A stretch of 40,696 nucleotides of DNA, taken from positions 1 to 40,696 of the forward strand of contig MRSU01002597.1 in NCBI GenBank assembly GCA_008369845.1, written 5' to 3'. The position numbers and the translations under genes were made by a program. Source of the DNA: Trichomonas gallinae (taxonomy: Eukaryota). Positions within the stretch are counted from its first letter, which is position 1; each line of letters starts with the position of its first letter. The notes below the pieces were generated by a model. The model was not told the DNA's origin. It worked only from the letters and a program-made list of their open reading frames with translations, and ran no database searches. Below, piece after piece: positions 39,796 to 40,696 of the stretch.

Positions 39796-40041
39796 GAACC
39801 AAGGGGCATTCTCAAAGATCTAAGAGAATGCTCTATATCAAATGATAAGAATATTCAGGCTTTTAAGAAATTTTTTATGTTTTGATTTTTCATATATAGA
39901 ATATAATTGTAAAGCTGATTTAATAATTTGATCGGATATTTGTCAAAATTAACATAGCATCTGAGTTAATTCGTGATAAAACGATTATTTTTCAATTTTT
40001 AAAATATATCGAAATAAAATGACTGACAAAGCAAACAATAC

Positions 40042-40287
40042 GAAATCTATGAGAAAACAGAATCACAGTTGTTAACGGCTGTAGTAAATGCCGGCGGAAT
40101 GGAGTGGTGGATAATTCTTCTTATAACAGTTGGCTCAGTTGGAGCAACATTGCTTATTTCAGCATAAGGCTACGGAGTTTACGCGCACATCAAAGTATCT
40201 AAAGAAAATAACATTAAATCTATCGAACGAAATCTTAACCCAGCTCAATACACTGAGAATTCAAGTACAGACGATGTTTATATTGTA
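40042..40287 (+). pseudogene. orphan alternative TM + cytoplasmic tail module of GP63
   Basis: 37-bp match (35/37) to 39592-39628, then in-frame AVVNAGGMEWWIILLITVGSVGATLLISA*GYGVYAHIKVSKENN...STDDVYIV. Confidence 0.75.
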
Positions 40288-40663
40288 AAAGTTTGTATCG
40301 ATTTTTCTAAATTTTGTAAAGTTCCAGATTTTTTAATTTTTTTCTTGATGACAGAGTCTATGTAGCACCATCATAGAGAATCAAACAACTTCTGAAGCCA
40401 ATGGTTTTTCCAATTAATGTTCTATTAGTATTAATGAAATTCGAATCCTCAAAAGCATCAGATTTCAAATATCATTTTTGTAAAGTATCAAAATGACAAG
40501 TAAAGCGTCAGATTTTTTTTTTGAAGAGACTTTCTTGATGCTTATCGATAAATATCGATTATTAGAGTGTCATGTAAAGCATCAAATTGAGAAGTAGTAA
40601 ATTTTTAGCAACATAAGCATAAGGGATCGAATATCTTCTGTGCATATGCAGCCTAAAATTCTC

Positions 40664-40689
40664 AAAAAAAAAAAAAAAAAAAAAAAAAA
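40664..40689. repeat. poly-A homopolymer near window end
   Basis: run of ~26 A's. Confidence 0.95.
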
Positions 40690-40696
40690 TATCATA

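Overview
This is AT-rich, gene-dense eukaryotic DNA with compact, apparently intronless ORFs, bounded by poly-A runs. Gene content (DUF3447-type ankyrin protein, GP63-like surface protease, CAMK/CK1 kinases) and promoter motifs (Inr-like TCAYT, AAAGTGAC) suggest Trichomonas vaginalis or a close parabasalid (inference). About 17 protein genes are supported, including Nop58, a USP deubiquitinase, a p47-like UBX protein, an Ada3-like protein, a neurofibromin-like giant protein, an LRR/coiled-coil protein, two kinases, a PPP phosphatase and a GP63-like protease. There is also an ankyrin pseudogene. The most striking unexplained structures are: (1) an ankyrin gene whose last three repeats are intact ~90-105-nt modules separated by AT-rich spacers that cannot be removed in frame by GT-AG splicing; (2) a spare transmembrane/cytoplasmic-tail cassette downstream of GP63, sharing a 37-bp junction repeat with the gene; (3) a 70-bp copy of GP63 coding sequence inserted upstream of the same gene; (4) several probable pseudo-enzymes. 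All family assignments are from motif recognition by eye, not database searches.
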